64,000 bases of DNA from contig JBHPGJ010000006.1 of the NCBI GenBank assembly GCA_042570545.1, positions 1,327-65,326 on the forward strand, read 5' to 3'. Source of the DNA: Patescibacteria group bacterium (GTDB lineage: Bacteria > Patescibacteriota > Patescibacteriia > JBHPGJ01). A model generated the notes under the pieces. The model ran no database searches. It worked only from the letters and a program-made list of their open reading frames with translations, and had not been told where the DNA came from. Within the stretch, counting starts at the first letter, position 1, and every line of letters begins with the position of its first letter. The position numbers and the translations under genes were made by a program. This document shows positions 18,094 to 28,237 of this stretch, piece after piece.

Positions 18094-18800
18094 TAGATAA
18101 CTATATTGAAGCTCTGTAGGATACCCAAGACGCCGTGGATAGTACCAAAAATGATAGTCAGCCAGGCAATTTCTTTGTGCGGATAGGTCCAGGTAAAGAA
18201 GCCTTTCTCATCAAGCTTGTCCGGACCGGGGACGCTGCCCTTCCAGGGCAAATGCCTAGTCCGCCAGGGCATGCCCATACAGGTTGCAAAGTTTAGAACA
18301 AAGAAAATGGCTAAGATATATCCCGTCCAAGCGGTTAAGGTTTTACTCAGAATAATGATCGGCCGCCAACTGGTTTTTGCACTGGTTGTAGTAGTGGCTG
18401 TAGTATTTGTGTTATCTGTAGAAGTGCCATCGGTCTCACTACCGGCAATCACTCCAACAACTGGAAAACCAGCAAACTCACCCGTGCCATGCGGTGCGCC
18501 CTCTAAAGCATTTGAAAGATCGGTACCAGAATCATGACCAAAATGTTCGCCCTCTTCAAACAGTCGGCTAGTGGTTACATCATAAACTAGACCCTCGTAG
18601 ATATAATAAGCCGGGGCACCATCTTTACCGTCAAAAGCTTTTATTTCCTCTTCGGTAAATACACGGCTAGCCCGTGGATCATCAGCTGTAGTTTCGCCCT
18701 CTTCGGCTGATACGGGAATAAACAATCTGGCTAGAAATAATAACCCTACAAAAACTGCGGCAAAGAAAATCTTAGGCCGATCTTTGTCAGTTATTCTCAT
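18093..18800 (-). CDS. cytochrome b5-like heme/steroid-binding domain membrane protein
   Basis: FTEEEIKAFDG, GLVYDVT, GEHFGHDSGTDLS, APHG; C-terminal TM helices with His. Confidence 0.85.
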   Translation of the reverse strand: MRITDKDRPKIFFAAVFVGLLFLARLFIPVSAEEGETTADDPRASRVFTEEEIKAFDGKDGAPAYYIYEGLVYDVTTSRLFEEGEHFGHDSGTDLSNALEGAPHGTGEFAGFPVVGVIAGSETDGTSTDNTNTTATTTTSAKTSWRPIIILSKTLTAWTGYILAIFFVLNFATCMGMPWRTRHLPWKGSVPGPDKLDEKGFFTWTYPHKEIAWLTIIFGTIHGVLGILQSFNIVI

Positions 18801-18802
18801 AT

Positions 18803-19642
18803 TTATTCGCTAGCCTCTTCGGCTGCTCGGTTACCGACGGGAAATTGATAGATTACTGTTTCGTCACTGGGTAGGCCCAGAGCTGAGCTTACACCGGCCT
18901 CGGGAAAGCCACCCATTACTACTCCGCCTAAACCAAGAGCTTCAGTCTGTAAATATAGATTCTGACCAATATGACCGGCTTCTTCTAATACTGGGGTTTG
19001 CGGATCATCTGGTGAGTCAACAGCCATTTTGTCATAAATACCGGCTAAGACAATTACAGCTGGAGCAGTTTTTGCTTTATCTTCCTGAAACTGCACTTCA
19101 CGGAATTGAGTAACGGCCGTTTCGTCTAGCAGCATTCCCAATTTATGTCCCTGGGGAATATAATGATATACACCATCACTTAACCCTTCGACATTCTCCA
19201 CCACTAAATAAACATTAAATGGATAAACGGCATGAGACGACGGCGCTGTCCGTCCGCCGAACTCTTCATTGGTAATACCTTGAGCTGACCAGAGCAATTG
19301 CGATACATTGGCCAGGGTCAACGGAGTTTCGGCATAGGTACGCCGGCTGCGGCGATTCTGTAAGGTGGTTTCTAAGGCTACGGTGCCAATAGTGTCGGGT
19401 GCCGGTAGGGTGATCTCCGAGTTGTAGGTTTTGGGTATCTCGGTATATTCTACAGCCACATTCGCATTGGTTGTATTGGTAGTTGCCGTATTGGCCGTGG
19501 TTGTAGTTGTGTTAGTGTTGGTTTCTTCCTTATCGTAGGTAAATAAATATAGTGCGCCTACGCCTATAAGCACAATAACAACGACGATTAAAACAATCAC
19601 CGCTGATGATTGGCCACGGTTATTTAAAAAGGGATTAATCAT
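18803..19642 (-). CDS. SagB/ThcOx-family nitroreductase-fold oxidoreductase with TM anchor
   Basis: RRSRR, LSQLLW-like VSQLLW, RTAPS, EAGHIGQNLYL; TM plus N/T linker. Confidence 0.85.
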   Translation of the reverse strand: MINPFLNNRGQSSAVIVLIVVVIVLIGVGALYLFTYDKEETNTNTTTTTANTATTNTTNANVAVEYTEIPKTYNSEITLPAPDTIGTVALETTLQNRRSRRTYAETPLTLANVSQLLWSAQGITNEEFGGRTAPSSHAVYPFNVYLVVENVEGLSDGVYHYIPQGHKLGMLLDETAVTQFREVQFQEDKAKTAPAVIVLAGIYDKMAVDSPDDPQTPVLEEAGHIGQNLYLQTEALGLGGVVMGGFPEAGVSSALGLPSDETVIYQFPVGNRAAEEASE

Positions 19643-19698
19643 TATTTTGATAATTAATAATCTTATCCACTCATTATAGCAAATTATTAGGTTGTCAA

Positions 19699-20703
19699 CT
19701 ACTTCTTTGTGTACAACTTATCGCTAGACTTAATTTGGTGTTTTTTTACTACTTCATCAACTTCGGCAGTACTAATTCCCTGATCCTTAAGCTCGTGCGG
19801 CAAAGTAAAATAGACGTTTTCTTCCGTTACTTTTAGCACTTGCGGTGGTTGTCCGCCATGATCTTGCAGCCATTTAATTACTTCCTGGACAACATCTTCG
19901 GGAGTGGAAGCGCCGCTGGTTATGCCTATGGTATTAATATTTTTAATCCAATCTGTTTGCATGTCTTCAACGCTGGGCACTAGGTAAGATTTAGTTCCGG
20001 TCGCTTCAGCTACTTCACGCAAGCGGTTGGAATTTGAGCTTTGCGGTGATCCTACCACCAGCACTAGTTCAGTTTGCCGAGCCAATTCTTTAACAGCCGC
20101 TTGACGATTGGTGGTAGCATAACAGATATCCTCTTTAACTGGCTCCTTAATGTTGGGAAACTTATTTTTAATAGCTTTGATCACGGCGGCTGTATCATCT
20201 ACGCTCAGGGTGGTCTGCGTCAGATATACTACTTTATTTGGATCTGGCACAGTAAGCGAATCAACCTCTTCGACGGATTCTATTAATTGTGTTACTTCCG
20301 GGGCCTCGCCTATAGTGCCATCCATTTCCACATGACCGCGATGACCAACCAATATTATTGAGTAGCCTTCTTTGGCATAGCGAGCAGCTTCTATGTGAAC
20401 TTTAGTTACTAAGGGACAGGTAGCATCGATCACCCGTAATTTACGAGTGGCGGCCTTATTTCTGATCTCCGGTGATATACCATGAGCGGAAAATATTAAA
20501 ACCGAACCTTCAGGTACATCATTAGGATCTTCAATAAATTTCACCCCCCGTTTTTCAAAACCTTTTACCACATGCTGATTGTGAACTATTTCGTGCTTTA
20601 CATAAATCGGTGCGCCTACAGATCGCAGCATTATTTCTACCACATCAATTGCCCGGTCTACGCCGGCACAAAATCCACGAGGTTGTGCTAAAATCAGCTT
20701 CAT
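19699..20703 (-). CDS. ispH: 4-hydroxy-3-methylbut-2-enyl diphosphate reductase
   Basis: PRGFCAGV, IVHN, SAHG, DATCPLV, QTT, DICYAT, SSNS. Confidence 0.97.
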   Translation of the reverse strand: MKLILAQPRGFCAGVDRAIDVVEIMLRSVGAPIYVKHEIVHNQHVVKGFEKRGVKFIEDPNDVPEGSVLIFSAHGISPEIRNKAATRKLRVIDATCPLVTKVHIEAARYAKEGYSIILVGHRGHVEMDGTIGEAPEVTQLIESVEEVDSLTVPDPNKVVYLTQTTLSVDDTAAVIKAIKNKFPNIKEPVKEDICYATTNRQAAVKELARQTELVLVVGSPQSSNSNRLREVAEATGTKSYLVPSVEDMQTDWIKNINTIGITSGASTPEDVVQEVIKWLQDHGGQPPQVLKVTEENVYFTLPHELKDQGISTAEVDEVVKKHQIKSSDKLYTKK

Positions 20704-20742
20704 CGTTTGCTCATACTAACAAAGCTAAGGGAAAATGCAATA

Positions 20743-21555
20743 TTACGGGGTCGCTATATCTCGTCGATTATACCACCAGGCTCCGGCAATTCCGAAGATA
20801 ATTATAACCGCCAGGAAAACCACAATTGATTCAATGGAAATGGTGGCGTCTCGTACGGCAGCATTAAAGTCATAATAATAGAAGAAAGAAAAATACTTCA
20901 AAACATCCAGGTGCTCCTGCAGAACAGCTACCAGGTGCAGCACATACATGCCAATAATAATTCCGCCCATGGTCATACTGGCTTTGCCCTTTTCCGAAAA
21001 GAGTGCCGAGAAAAACATGGCCATACTCAAGACCGCCAACCCAAACATCATCCCCAATATAAATATAGTGAGAAAGGGCATGAAAGTTGTTTCAACGCCA
21101 TGCAAATTTGACAATGGCATTGCCATAAAAACCGAGAATATTCCAAATACCACCAACGAGAATACACCAGCCAAGTATCTTGCCAAATATATCTTAAATC
21201 GTGACAGCGGTCGTGATAGCAGTATTTCTACCGTCCCCTGCTCGATCTGTCCCGCCAAACCCGAGCCGGCCAGTCCGATCATCATAAAGACCATCATTAT
21301 CGGCCAGATGAGACTAAAGTGTTCGACCGAAATAAAGGATTCGACCGAGCTGAAGATATTTGCGGATTCATCAATACCAAAAGCTTCTAAAAATCCTTGC
21401 GGATAGGATTCTAATAATTTATTAAAATCTTCAGCCTGTCCAGCAAAGCTTGGGAACATAGCGATGTACATCCACAGTAATAATATCCCCGACACTGAAA
21501 ATATAATAAGTGAGATTCTGCGGTCTTTTAAAATTCGCCAAAATAATGTCAGCAT
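20743..21555 (-). CDS. ABC-2 type exporter permease
   Basis: 6 TM; EQGTVEILLSRPLSR motif; follows ATPase. Confidence 0.85.
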   Translation of the reverse strand: MLTLFWRILKDRRISLIIFSVSGILLLWMYIAMFPSFAGQAEDFNKLLESYPQGFLEAFGIDESANIFSSVESFISVEHFSLIWPIMMVFMMIGLAGSGLAGQIEQGTVEILLSRPLSRFKIYLARYLAGVFSLVVFGIFSVFMAMPLSNLHGVETTFMPFLTIFILGMMFGLAVLSMAMFFSALFSEKGKASMTMGGIIIGMYVLHLVAVLQEHLDVLKYFSFFYYYDFNAAVRDATISIESIVVFLAVIIIFGIAGAWWYNRRDIATP

Positions 21556-21556
21556 A

Positions 21557-22426
21557 TTATTCGTATGATTCTAAGAATATTTCTTCCAGCGAGGCATGAA
21601 TAATTGAGAGGTCACGCACTTTGTGCTGGGCCAATTTTTCTAATATTGGATTCAAGTCACCGGTCACGTTTAATATCAATCCGCTTGGCATTTCCTCTTT
21701 TATGGTTATACCACCACCAATCAGATCCTCTTTATTAAATTTATCGGTGAATGAAACATTAACGGTAAATATTCTTTTCTCTTTTAGGCTTTGAATGCTC
21801 TCCGTTGCCACCATCTTACCTTCTCTGATAATCCCAACCCTAGTACACACCTTTTCTACTTCAGCAAGATTATGGGACGACATAAAGACGGTTGACCCAC
21901 TTGAACTCATTTCCTTAAGGAGGTCATAGATCTCATGTTGTAATAAAGGATCAAGTGCATTTGTCGGCTCGTCCATAACCATCACTTCTGGTTTGGTCAT
22001 CAGCGCCATTATGATGCCTAGTTTTTGCCGGTTGCCTGATGACAAATGCTTTGCTTTGCGCGTAGTATCAAATTCAAGGCGCTTGACCAATTCATCAGCG
22101 TTGTCATCTTTACCGTTGAGGTGGCGAATGAATTCAATATGGTCGTTGCCGGTCCATTTTCCATAAAGCTTGACTGCTCCTGATAAATAGCCGATTTTCT
22201 TTTTTAGCTTAACCGTATCTCGGTAGCTATCATTATCTAAAATGACAATTTTACCGTCGGTGGGCCTGATAAAATCCATCATGCAGCGGATGGTGGTGGT
22301 TTTGCCGGCACCATTCGGACCCAGGAAGCCAAAAACCTCCCCCTGCTCTACTTCAAAGGAGATGCCGTCAACCGCTTTGATTTTTCCGAAATACTTTTTT
22401 AAACCCTCCACCTTAATTACACTCAT
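21557..22426 (-). CDS. ABC transporter ATP-binding protein
   Basis: GPNGAGKTT, LSSGNRQK, MDEPT, SSH. Confidence 0.95.
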   Translation of the reverse strand: MSVIKVEGLKKYFGKIKAVDGISFEVEQGEVFGFLGPNGAGKTTTIRCMMDFIRPTDGKIVILDNDSYRDTVKLKKKIGYLSGAVKLYGKWTGNDHIEFIRHLNGKDDNADELVKRLEFDTTRKAKHLSSGNRQKLGIIMALMTKPEVMVMDEPTNALDPLLQHEIYDLLKEMSSSGSTVFMSSHNLAEVEKVCTRVGIIREGKMVATESIQSLKEKRIFTVNVSFTDKFNKEDLIGGGITIKEEMPSGLILNVTGDLNPILEKLAQHKVRDLSIIHASLEEIFLESYE

Positions 22427-22464
22427 GGGCTTATTATAAATCTGTTTTTAGAGTTTGTAAACCA

Positions 22465-22491
22465 AAAAGCGGTGGGTAGTCCACCGCTTTT
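22465..22491. terminator. bidirectional-type terminator
   Basis: aaaagcggtgg/ccaccgctttt. Confidence 0.75.
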
Positions 22492-22494
22492 ATC

Positions 22495-23073
22495 TTATAT
22501 TAGCTTAATTACGTTCCACCAGTTCTCAATATACTCCGGCCGCTTATTTTGATACTTCAGATAATAAGCATGCTCCCAGACATCGAGGGTCAGGATCGGC
22601 TCATGTCCCTGAAGCAAGGGAGAGTCTTGATTGGCAGTGGAGTAAACTTCCAGCTTACCGTTGTGCCTGACCAACCAGGCCCAGCCGCTGCCAAATTGAG
22701 TAGCTGCTGCCTCGTTAAACTTATCTTTAAACTCTTCCACTGATCCAAATTCAGTTTCGATGTCTTTGACCAATTGTACGTCCTTTTCATTTGTTGGATC
22801 CATAATCTGCCAAAACAATGAATGATTGGCATGACCGCCGCCGTGGTTTTGGATAGCTTTTTTGGTTTTTTCATCAACTGACAAGCTGCCTAGTTCCTTC
22901 AACAGTTCCTCAACTGGCTTGGACTGCAATTCCTCGCTTCCTTCAAGCGCGGCATTTAATTTATCGACATAAGCTTGGTGATGTTTACTATGATGGATTT
23001 CCATTGTTTGGGCATCGATGTACGGCTCCAGGGCATCATAGTTATATTTTAGTTCCGGTAATTTGTATGGCAT
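22495..23073 (-). CDS. sodA: Mn/Fe superoxide dismutase
   Basis: [35 protein letters not shown]. Confidence 0.93.
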   Translation of the reverse strand: MPYKLPELKYNYDALEPYIDAQTMEIHHSKHHQAYVDKLNAALEGSEELQSKPVEELLKELGSLSVDEKTKKAIQNHGGGHANHSLFWQIMDPTNEKDVQLVKDIETEFGSVEEFKDKFNEAAATQFGSGWAWLVRHNGKLEVYSTANQDSPLLQGHEPILTLDVWEHAYYLKYQNKRPEYIENWWNVIKLI

Positions 23074-23082
23074 AGTGCCTCC

Positions 23083-23421
23083 TTAATTAGTTATTAACTC
23101 GTTGATTTTAGCGGCCAATATAAAATCATTTTCATGCAGGCCGCCGATGGCATGAGTGTAGTTGGTAATACGGACATATTTGTATTCGTGTAAATCAAGA
23201 TTGGGATGATGCCCTTCGCGTTCAGCTATTGCGCTCACATCATTAATAAACTTTAACGCTTCTTTAAAATTCTTGAAGGTAAAATCACGGGTTATCTTTT
23301 TGCCATCTTCAACAATCTCCCAACCGGGCACTTGGGTTAGATAGTTGGGAACGTCCTCTTGAAGCATAGGCGGGATACCGCCTTCGCAAGGGACACATAC
23401 CTTATTAGTTAGATCCTCCAT
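23083..23421 (-). CDS. pterin-4-alpha-carbinolamine dehydratase
   Basis: CVPCEGG, EGHHP, THAIGGLHENDFILAAK; AAGGAG SD before ATG at 23421. Confidence 0.9.
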   Translation of the reverse strand: MEDLTNKVCVPCEGGIPPMLQEDVPNYLTQVPGWEIVEDGKKITRDFTFKNFKEALKFINDVSAIAEREGHHPNLDLHEYKYVRITNYTHAIGGLHENDFILAAKINELITN

Positions 23422-23454
23422 TGGAATTCTCCTTATTAGCTTTGGTAATCTTCT

Positions 23455-23530
23455 TGGCTCCGCGAGTCGGACTCGAACCGACAACCCACTGGTTAACAGC
23501 CAGTTGCTCTACCAATTGAGCTATCGCGGA
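23455..23530 (-). tRNA. tRNA-Asn(GTT), canonical copy
   Basis: 76-nt cloverleaf, ACTGG-CTGTTAA-CCAGT anticodon arm, CCA end. Confidence 0.97.
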
Positions 23531-23602
23531 GCAAATTAGACTACCTTTGGCTTGTTCTTTTATATAATACAAAAATAAATATTCAATACCAAGCCAACTA
23601 CA

Positions 23603-24841
23603 TTAATAATCCTTAAGTTTTTTCATGCCTTCATTTTGCTCAATTTTTTCCAGGGCCTTGGCTTCTATCTGTCTGATACGCTCACGTGTTACTCCAAATT
23701 CCCTACCAACTTCTTCTAAAGTATGCGATATGCCATCGGTTAAACCAAAGCGCATTTCAAGAATTTTCTGTTCGCGGGGACTTAGTTCACTGATTATTTC
23801 TTTAACATGATTCTTGAGCAATTGCAGGGCCGCCACTCGGTCAGGAGTGATGGTTTTTACATCTTCGATAAAATCTCCCAGGGTCGAATCTTCTTCTTCT
23901 TCACCGACCGATGTTTCCAAAGAGACCGTATCTTGAGAGATACTAATGATATGTCTTATCTTATCTACTTCCTCGCCCATCTCGGCCGCGATTTCTTCAG
24001 GTAACGGCTCGCGGCCTAGGTCTTGTATAAGACGTCTTTCCACCTGCTGAAAGCGATTTATAGTTTCTACCATGTGGACCGGTATTCTTATCGTCCTAGA
24101 TTGATCAGCCAGAGCGCGAGTTATTGCTTGGCGAATCCACCAGGTAGCATAAGTTGAGAATTTATAGCCCTTGCGGTAATCAAACTTTTCAACCGCTCGG
24201 AATAGACCGATGTTGCCTTCTTGTATCAGATCCAGTAACGATAATGATCTTCCGGTAAATTTCTTGGCAATAGATACAACTAAACGCAGGTTAGCTTCAA
24301 CCAGTTTTTTTTGCGCTTCGACATCTCCACGTTCCTTCCTCTTGGCCAACGACACTTCCTCTTCTGACTTCAGTAGGGCTACCTTGCCAATCTCCCGTAG
24401 ATACATCTGTATAGAATCATTTGAAATATCACCCAGATCAAAACGCTTTTCATCCGTCTTGGTCTTTTTCTTTGGTTTGCCTTTTTTATCTAGTTCTTCT
24501 TTTTCCGGTAGGGTTGGCGACAACACACTGCCAGTGGTTTCAACAATATTTACTGCATTGTCTTCAAGCTGGTCCAGCCAGTCCTCAAACTCCAATAAAT
24601 AGTTTTCCAGTTCAGTAAATATAAACAAGGCCTCAGTTTCAGTTACAAAACCTCGTAAACGTCCCTTCTGCAGTAAGGCTTGGGCTTCGGCTTCCGGCCA
24701 AACAGCTTTAGTCGCAGTTTTTTTAATCTTAGCCTTCCTGTCAGCAGATCTTACTACTCGGCGAATTGCCTTCTTGGTCTTGGCAACGGACTTTTTTGCG
24801 GGTTTGGTTGTGGCTTTTTTCGTGGTCTTAGATTTAAGCAT
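23603..24841 (-). CDS. rpoD: RNA polymerase primary sigma factor
   Basis: [46 protein letters not shown]; follows dnaG. Confidence 0.95.
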   Translation of the reverse strand: MLKSKTTKKATTKPAKKSVAKTKKAIRRVVRSADRKAKIKKTATKAVWPEAEAQALLQKGRLRGFVTETEALFIFTELENYLLEFEDWLDQLEDNAVNIVETTGSVLSPTLPEKEELDKKGKPKKKTKTDEKRFDLGDISNDSIQMYLREIGKVALLKSEEEVSLAKRKERGDVEAQKKLVEANLRLVVSIAKKFTGRSLSLLDLIQEGNIGLFRAVEKFDYRKGYKFSTYATWWIRQAITRALADQSRTIRIPVHMVETINRFQQVERRLIQDLGREPLPEEIAAEMGEEVDKIRHIISISQDTVSLETSVGEEEEDSTLGDFIEDVKTITPDRVAALQLLKNHVKEIISELSPREQKILEMRFGLTDGISHTLEEVGREFGVTRERIRQIEAKALEKIEQNEGMKKLKDY

Positions 24842-24900
24842 ACACTAAACTTCTTCACCTTTTGAGTCCATAACATTTTGCTTAAGTATATGGAAGGTGA

Positions 24901-26703
24901 TCAAGATATATTCTTTAATTCTTTTGTGAGTAAATTAAAACGTCCAATTAGCTCTTTTGTCGTATTGTTATCAGCAGAGTCGGCTTGTTCGAGCTTTTTA
25001 ATCTCTGCTGTCACGGCTGCCAACTGACGACGAATAACACTTCCTTTTAAATCTTTTATTAAAATTATTAGTTCTCGCTCGGCTTGATCAAGATCAAATC
25101 CGGCAAACTCTTTACCGCTTAAAAGCCCCATTAAATCCCAAGGAGCCAGCAGTTTTTTGTTATTCTTTTTTAAGTAAGCACTAAAGTCGTCATTGGTAAA
25201 TCGCTGGTTTTCACTATAGTATATTCCTATTTGCTTGTAAAGCGATGTTACTGGGCTGTCCTTTAGGCCCTTTTCATCAACCTGACCAACTGCTTGGGGT
25301 ACTAAATTTGGATAACTGCGTATCAGAGCGATGATTAATTCCAGCATTTTATTTTCCCGATCCGGTTCGGGCTGAGAAGTCTCGGGACTTTTATCGGTCT
25401 GGATTTCAGAGCTATCAGCAGTTTTAATATTAGAAAGTTGTTCACTGATGACTGACTCGTCTACGGATAACATGGCCGCTAACCGCTGCACGTAATGCGT
25501 GCGTTCAACACCGTCAGCCAACTTGGCGATTAAAGGAATTAATTCCTTGGCTGCTGATTTTTTATCTTCAACTTTTGTCAGGTCATGCTCCTTGTCTACC
25601 TTGGCAAAATAATATTCCATAAATGGTTGAGCAGTTTTGACCGCCTGTTGCCAGGCAGCCGGATCTTTATTAATGACTTCGTCCGGATCTTTGCCAAAAG
25701 GCAGTTCGATCATCTTTACTTCAAATGATCTGGCCAGGGCCAGCTCAATACCGCGCCGAGCAGCCACCGCACCGGCCGAGTCTTGATCGAAAGAAAATAA
25801 TAATTTATTCGTATAGCGCTTAAGGGCATCTAGCTGTGACTCGGTTAGGGCCGTACCTGATGACGCAATCACGTTGCCAGTGCCGCCATGATGACATGCC
25901 AATACATCCATATAACCTTCAACAATAATTATGTCTTTTTTATTCCTTATTGGTTGCTTGGCCTGCCAGATTCCATACAATACTCGGCTCTTGTCATAAA
26001 TAATTGTTTGTGGAGAGTTTATATATTTAGCTAATTCTTTCTCACCTTCGGCTTGTTCTAATATCCGTCCGCCAAAACCGAGGACATTGCCGTGAGTATC
26101 ATGGATGGGAAATACAATCCGTCCGCGGAAACGATCATAATATCCAACCCCTCGTTCTTTTTTAATTGTTAGGCCGGCCTGGAATATATCATCTTCAGAA
26201 AAACCTTTTTGCACCAGATACTTATTCAGCGTATCCCAAGCAGTCGAGCTATAGCCAAGCTGAAATTTATCAATCATATCTTCGTCAACTCCCCGTTCTT
26301 TAAAGTACTTCCGGGCCAGCTCAACGTGCGGTGACGACATTAATACTTGATGATAAAAACCAGCGGCTGCTTTGTTGATATCAAACAGCTTGGTCCTCTT
26401 GCTTTGCATTTCTGGATCAACGGCCCGTAATTGGACATTGGCTTTTTTAGCCAGCAAGCGCAGAGTTTCTGGAAAATCAAGGCCTTCCATTTCTTGAACA
26501 AATGAAAACAGGTCGCCACCCTTACCGCAGCCAAAGCAATGGTAAATTTGCTTATCTTTAGACACCATAAAAGACGGGGTCTTCTCATTATGAAACGGAC
26601 AGCGGGCCTTGTGATTAGTACCGGCTGGTGTCAGTTTTATATACTCTCCGATAATATCTGTGATATCCAGCCGTTGTTTGATTTCTTCTACTGGTGTGGG
26701 CAT
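24901..26703 (-). CDS. dnaG: DNA primase
   Basis: CPFHNEKTPSF zinc finger, KYINSP, EGYMD, DQDSAG Toprim. Confidence 0.97.
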   Translation of the reverse strand: MPTPVEEIKQRLDITDIIGEYIKLTPAGTNHKARCPFHNEKTPSFMVSKDKQIYHCFGCGKGGDLFSFVQEMEGLDFPETLRLLAKKANVQLRAVDPEMQSKRTKLFDINKAAAGFYHQVLMSSPHVELARKYFKERGVDEDMIDKFQLGYSSTAWDTLNKYLVQKGFSEDDIFQAGLTIKKERGVGYYDRFRGRIVFPIHDTHGNVLGFGGRILEQAEGEKELAKYINSPQTIIYDKSRVLYGIWQAKQPIRNKKDIIIVEGYMDVLACHHGGTGNVIASSGTALTESQLDALKRYTNKLLFSFDQDSAGAVAARRGIELALARSFEVKMIELPFGKDPDEVINKDPAAWQQAVKTAQPFMEYYFAKVDKEHDLTKVEDKKSAAKELIPLIAKLADGVERTHYVQRLAAMLSVDESVISEQLSNIKTADSSEIQTDKSPETSQPEPDRENKMLELIIALIRSYPNLVPQAVGQVDEKGLKDSPVTSLYKQIGIYYSENQRFTNDDFSAYLKKNNKKLLAPWDLMGLLSGKEFAGFDLDQAERELIILIKDLKGSVIRRQLAAVTAEIKKLEQADSADNNTTKELIGRFNLLTKELKNIS

Positions 26704-26706
26704 AGG

Positions 26707-27285
26707 TTAAAAATTCTCAACATAAATTCTCACTTTTGATAATAGTATTGTCAAATACTTTTTACCAGTTTTTGTTTTAAATAGCGGCACTCTTTCTTCA
26801 ACAAAATTTTGGAAAAACTTTCTATAACTCTCATTATCAAAACTTGGTTTGACTTTATCCAGATCAATTTGTCCCAAACTATCAGCTTCAAATACTAGCT
26901 GGGCCTGATCATCAATTATTTCCGTCAAATTATCATGAATACCCACTAAATGAGATATTACCTTTATTTCGGCATTAGTGAAAGAACCCATCTCTTTCAA
27001 TATTTCTTCAGACATTTGAGCACCAATAATCATGTGTCTTTTCTTAACCTCACTAACTTCTTTATAAGAATAGCCTTTGGCCAGCATGCCGGCATAGCCA
27101 ATATCGTGAAGATATATAGCGGGAATCAATATCTTTGGATTACCTGGTTCGGACTTAAGCAGCTCTTTCATATAATATACAGCTGTTAGCAGGTGCGGGT
27201 AATTCCAGCCAGGACGACCTTTCTTAGTGTAGTACAGTGCTTTGGCTTTTAATTTATTTTCGGTGTCCTTATCAAGATTATTCAC
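26707..27285 (-). CDS. HD-domain protein
   Basis: H...LHDIG...H...HD...EAD. Confidence 0.85.
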   Translation of the reverse strand: MNNLDKDTENKLKAKALYYTKKGRPGWNYPHLLTAVYYMKELLKSEPGNPKILIPAIYLHDIGYAGMLAKGYSYKEVSEVKKRHMIIGAQMSEEILKEMGSFTNAEIKVISHLVGIHDNLTEIIDDQAQLVFEADSLGQIDLDKVKPSFDNESYRKFFQNFVEERVPLFKTKTGKKYLTILLSKVRIYVENF

Positions 27286-27643
27286 TTTTACTATATTTAA
27301 GAGATATTGAATTAACGCAATGTCTAGTGTTTTTTGGCGTCATGCCTTCACCCATAAAAACATGACCGAGGTGAGCCTGGCAATTATTGCATATTATTTC
27401 TGTTCGTTGACCGTCAGTATCCGTAACTTTTTTAACTGCTCCCTTGATCTCGTCATCAAAGCTGGGCCAGCCGCAATGAGCATCAAACTTATCCTCGGAT
27501 CGAAACAGCGGGGTCTCACATCTTTTGCATATATAAACTCCTTCAGCGAAATGCTTGTCGTATTCTCCGGAAAAAGGCTTCTCTGTACCTTTGTGAACAA
27601 TCACCTCTTCTTCTTCGGGGGTAAGTTTGTTGTGTTTGATCAT
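27278..27643 (-). CDS. msrB: methionine-R-sulfoxide reductase
   Basis: [26 protein letters not shown]. Confidence 0.95.
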   Translation of the reverse strand: MIKHNKLTPEEEEVIVHKGTEKPFSGEYDKHFAEGVYICKRCETPLFRSEDKFDAHCGWPSFDDEIKGAVKKVTDTDGQRTEIICNNCQAHLGHVFMGEGMTPKNTRHCVNSISLKYSKSE

Positions 27644-28053
27644 TTCAACTGATAGGCCCTTCCTAACCAACCAATTAATTCTTTGTCAATTTCCTTTTTA
27701 TTTATAATATCCAACTCAAAAAGAAAGCGCTTGGCTGACATTGATGAATATTTTTTTATTCTTTTACTGTTTAGTTTTTTATCAAGGGAGAAGTGTAAAC
27801 GAATTTTATCTTTCATGGCATATACTCCAACAAAGGTAGCTGTACGGTCAAAATGGATACAACAGGGAAGCGATCGTACCTTAAACGAGCCAATATTCTT
27901 CGTTATCTTGGACTGTAAATCCTTATAGAGACTTTTTGTTAAATCTCCCTTATTGCTAAAATGCTTTTTTAGAGGATATACAGTACAAGAGTGAACCTGG
28001 TTTTTATTCTTAAACCGTCTTTTACACTTAAGGCATTGCCATTTGGTCATCAC
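27640..28053 (-). CDS. DUF5655-like protein with N-terminal zinc finger
   Basis: [10 protein letters not shown]...QVHSC; [14 protein letters not shown]. Confidence 0.7.
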   Translation of the reverse strand: MMTKWQCLKCKRRFKNKNQVHSCTVYPLKKHFSNKGDLTKSLYKDLQSKITKNIGSFKVRSLPCCIHFDRTATFVGVYAMKDKIRLHFSLDKKLNSKRIKKYSSMSAKRFLFELDIINKKEIDKELIGWLGRAYQLK

Positions 28054-28066
28054 ATTTTGCTTTAAT

Positions 28067-28225
28067 CTATCTTAAATACCTGGCTAATAATTCTTCACGA
28101 TCAATTACTGCTTTGCCAACCGACATTTTTTCATCAGCAAAGTGCTCTTGCTTTAAGTCATCATCAATTTCTCCCTGAGAAAGTTTTTCCCTATCAGTTC
28201 CATTATGTTTGGATTCTTTTGACAC
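28067..28225 (-). CDS. small hypothetical protein (52 aa, MSKESKHNG...LLARYLR)
   Basis: Fills the intergenic gap in the operon orientation; GTG 4 nt after TATAAT. Confidence 0.5.
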   Translation of the reverse strand: MSKESKHNGTDREKLSQGEIDDDLKQEHFADEKMSVGKAVIDREELLARYLR

Positions 28226-28237
28226 TTAAATTATACT

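Noticed and set aside
23422-23484. N-terminal extension of the pterin dehydratase
   Set aside because: Overlaps tRNA-Asn; an SD supports the ATG at 23421.
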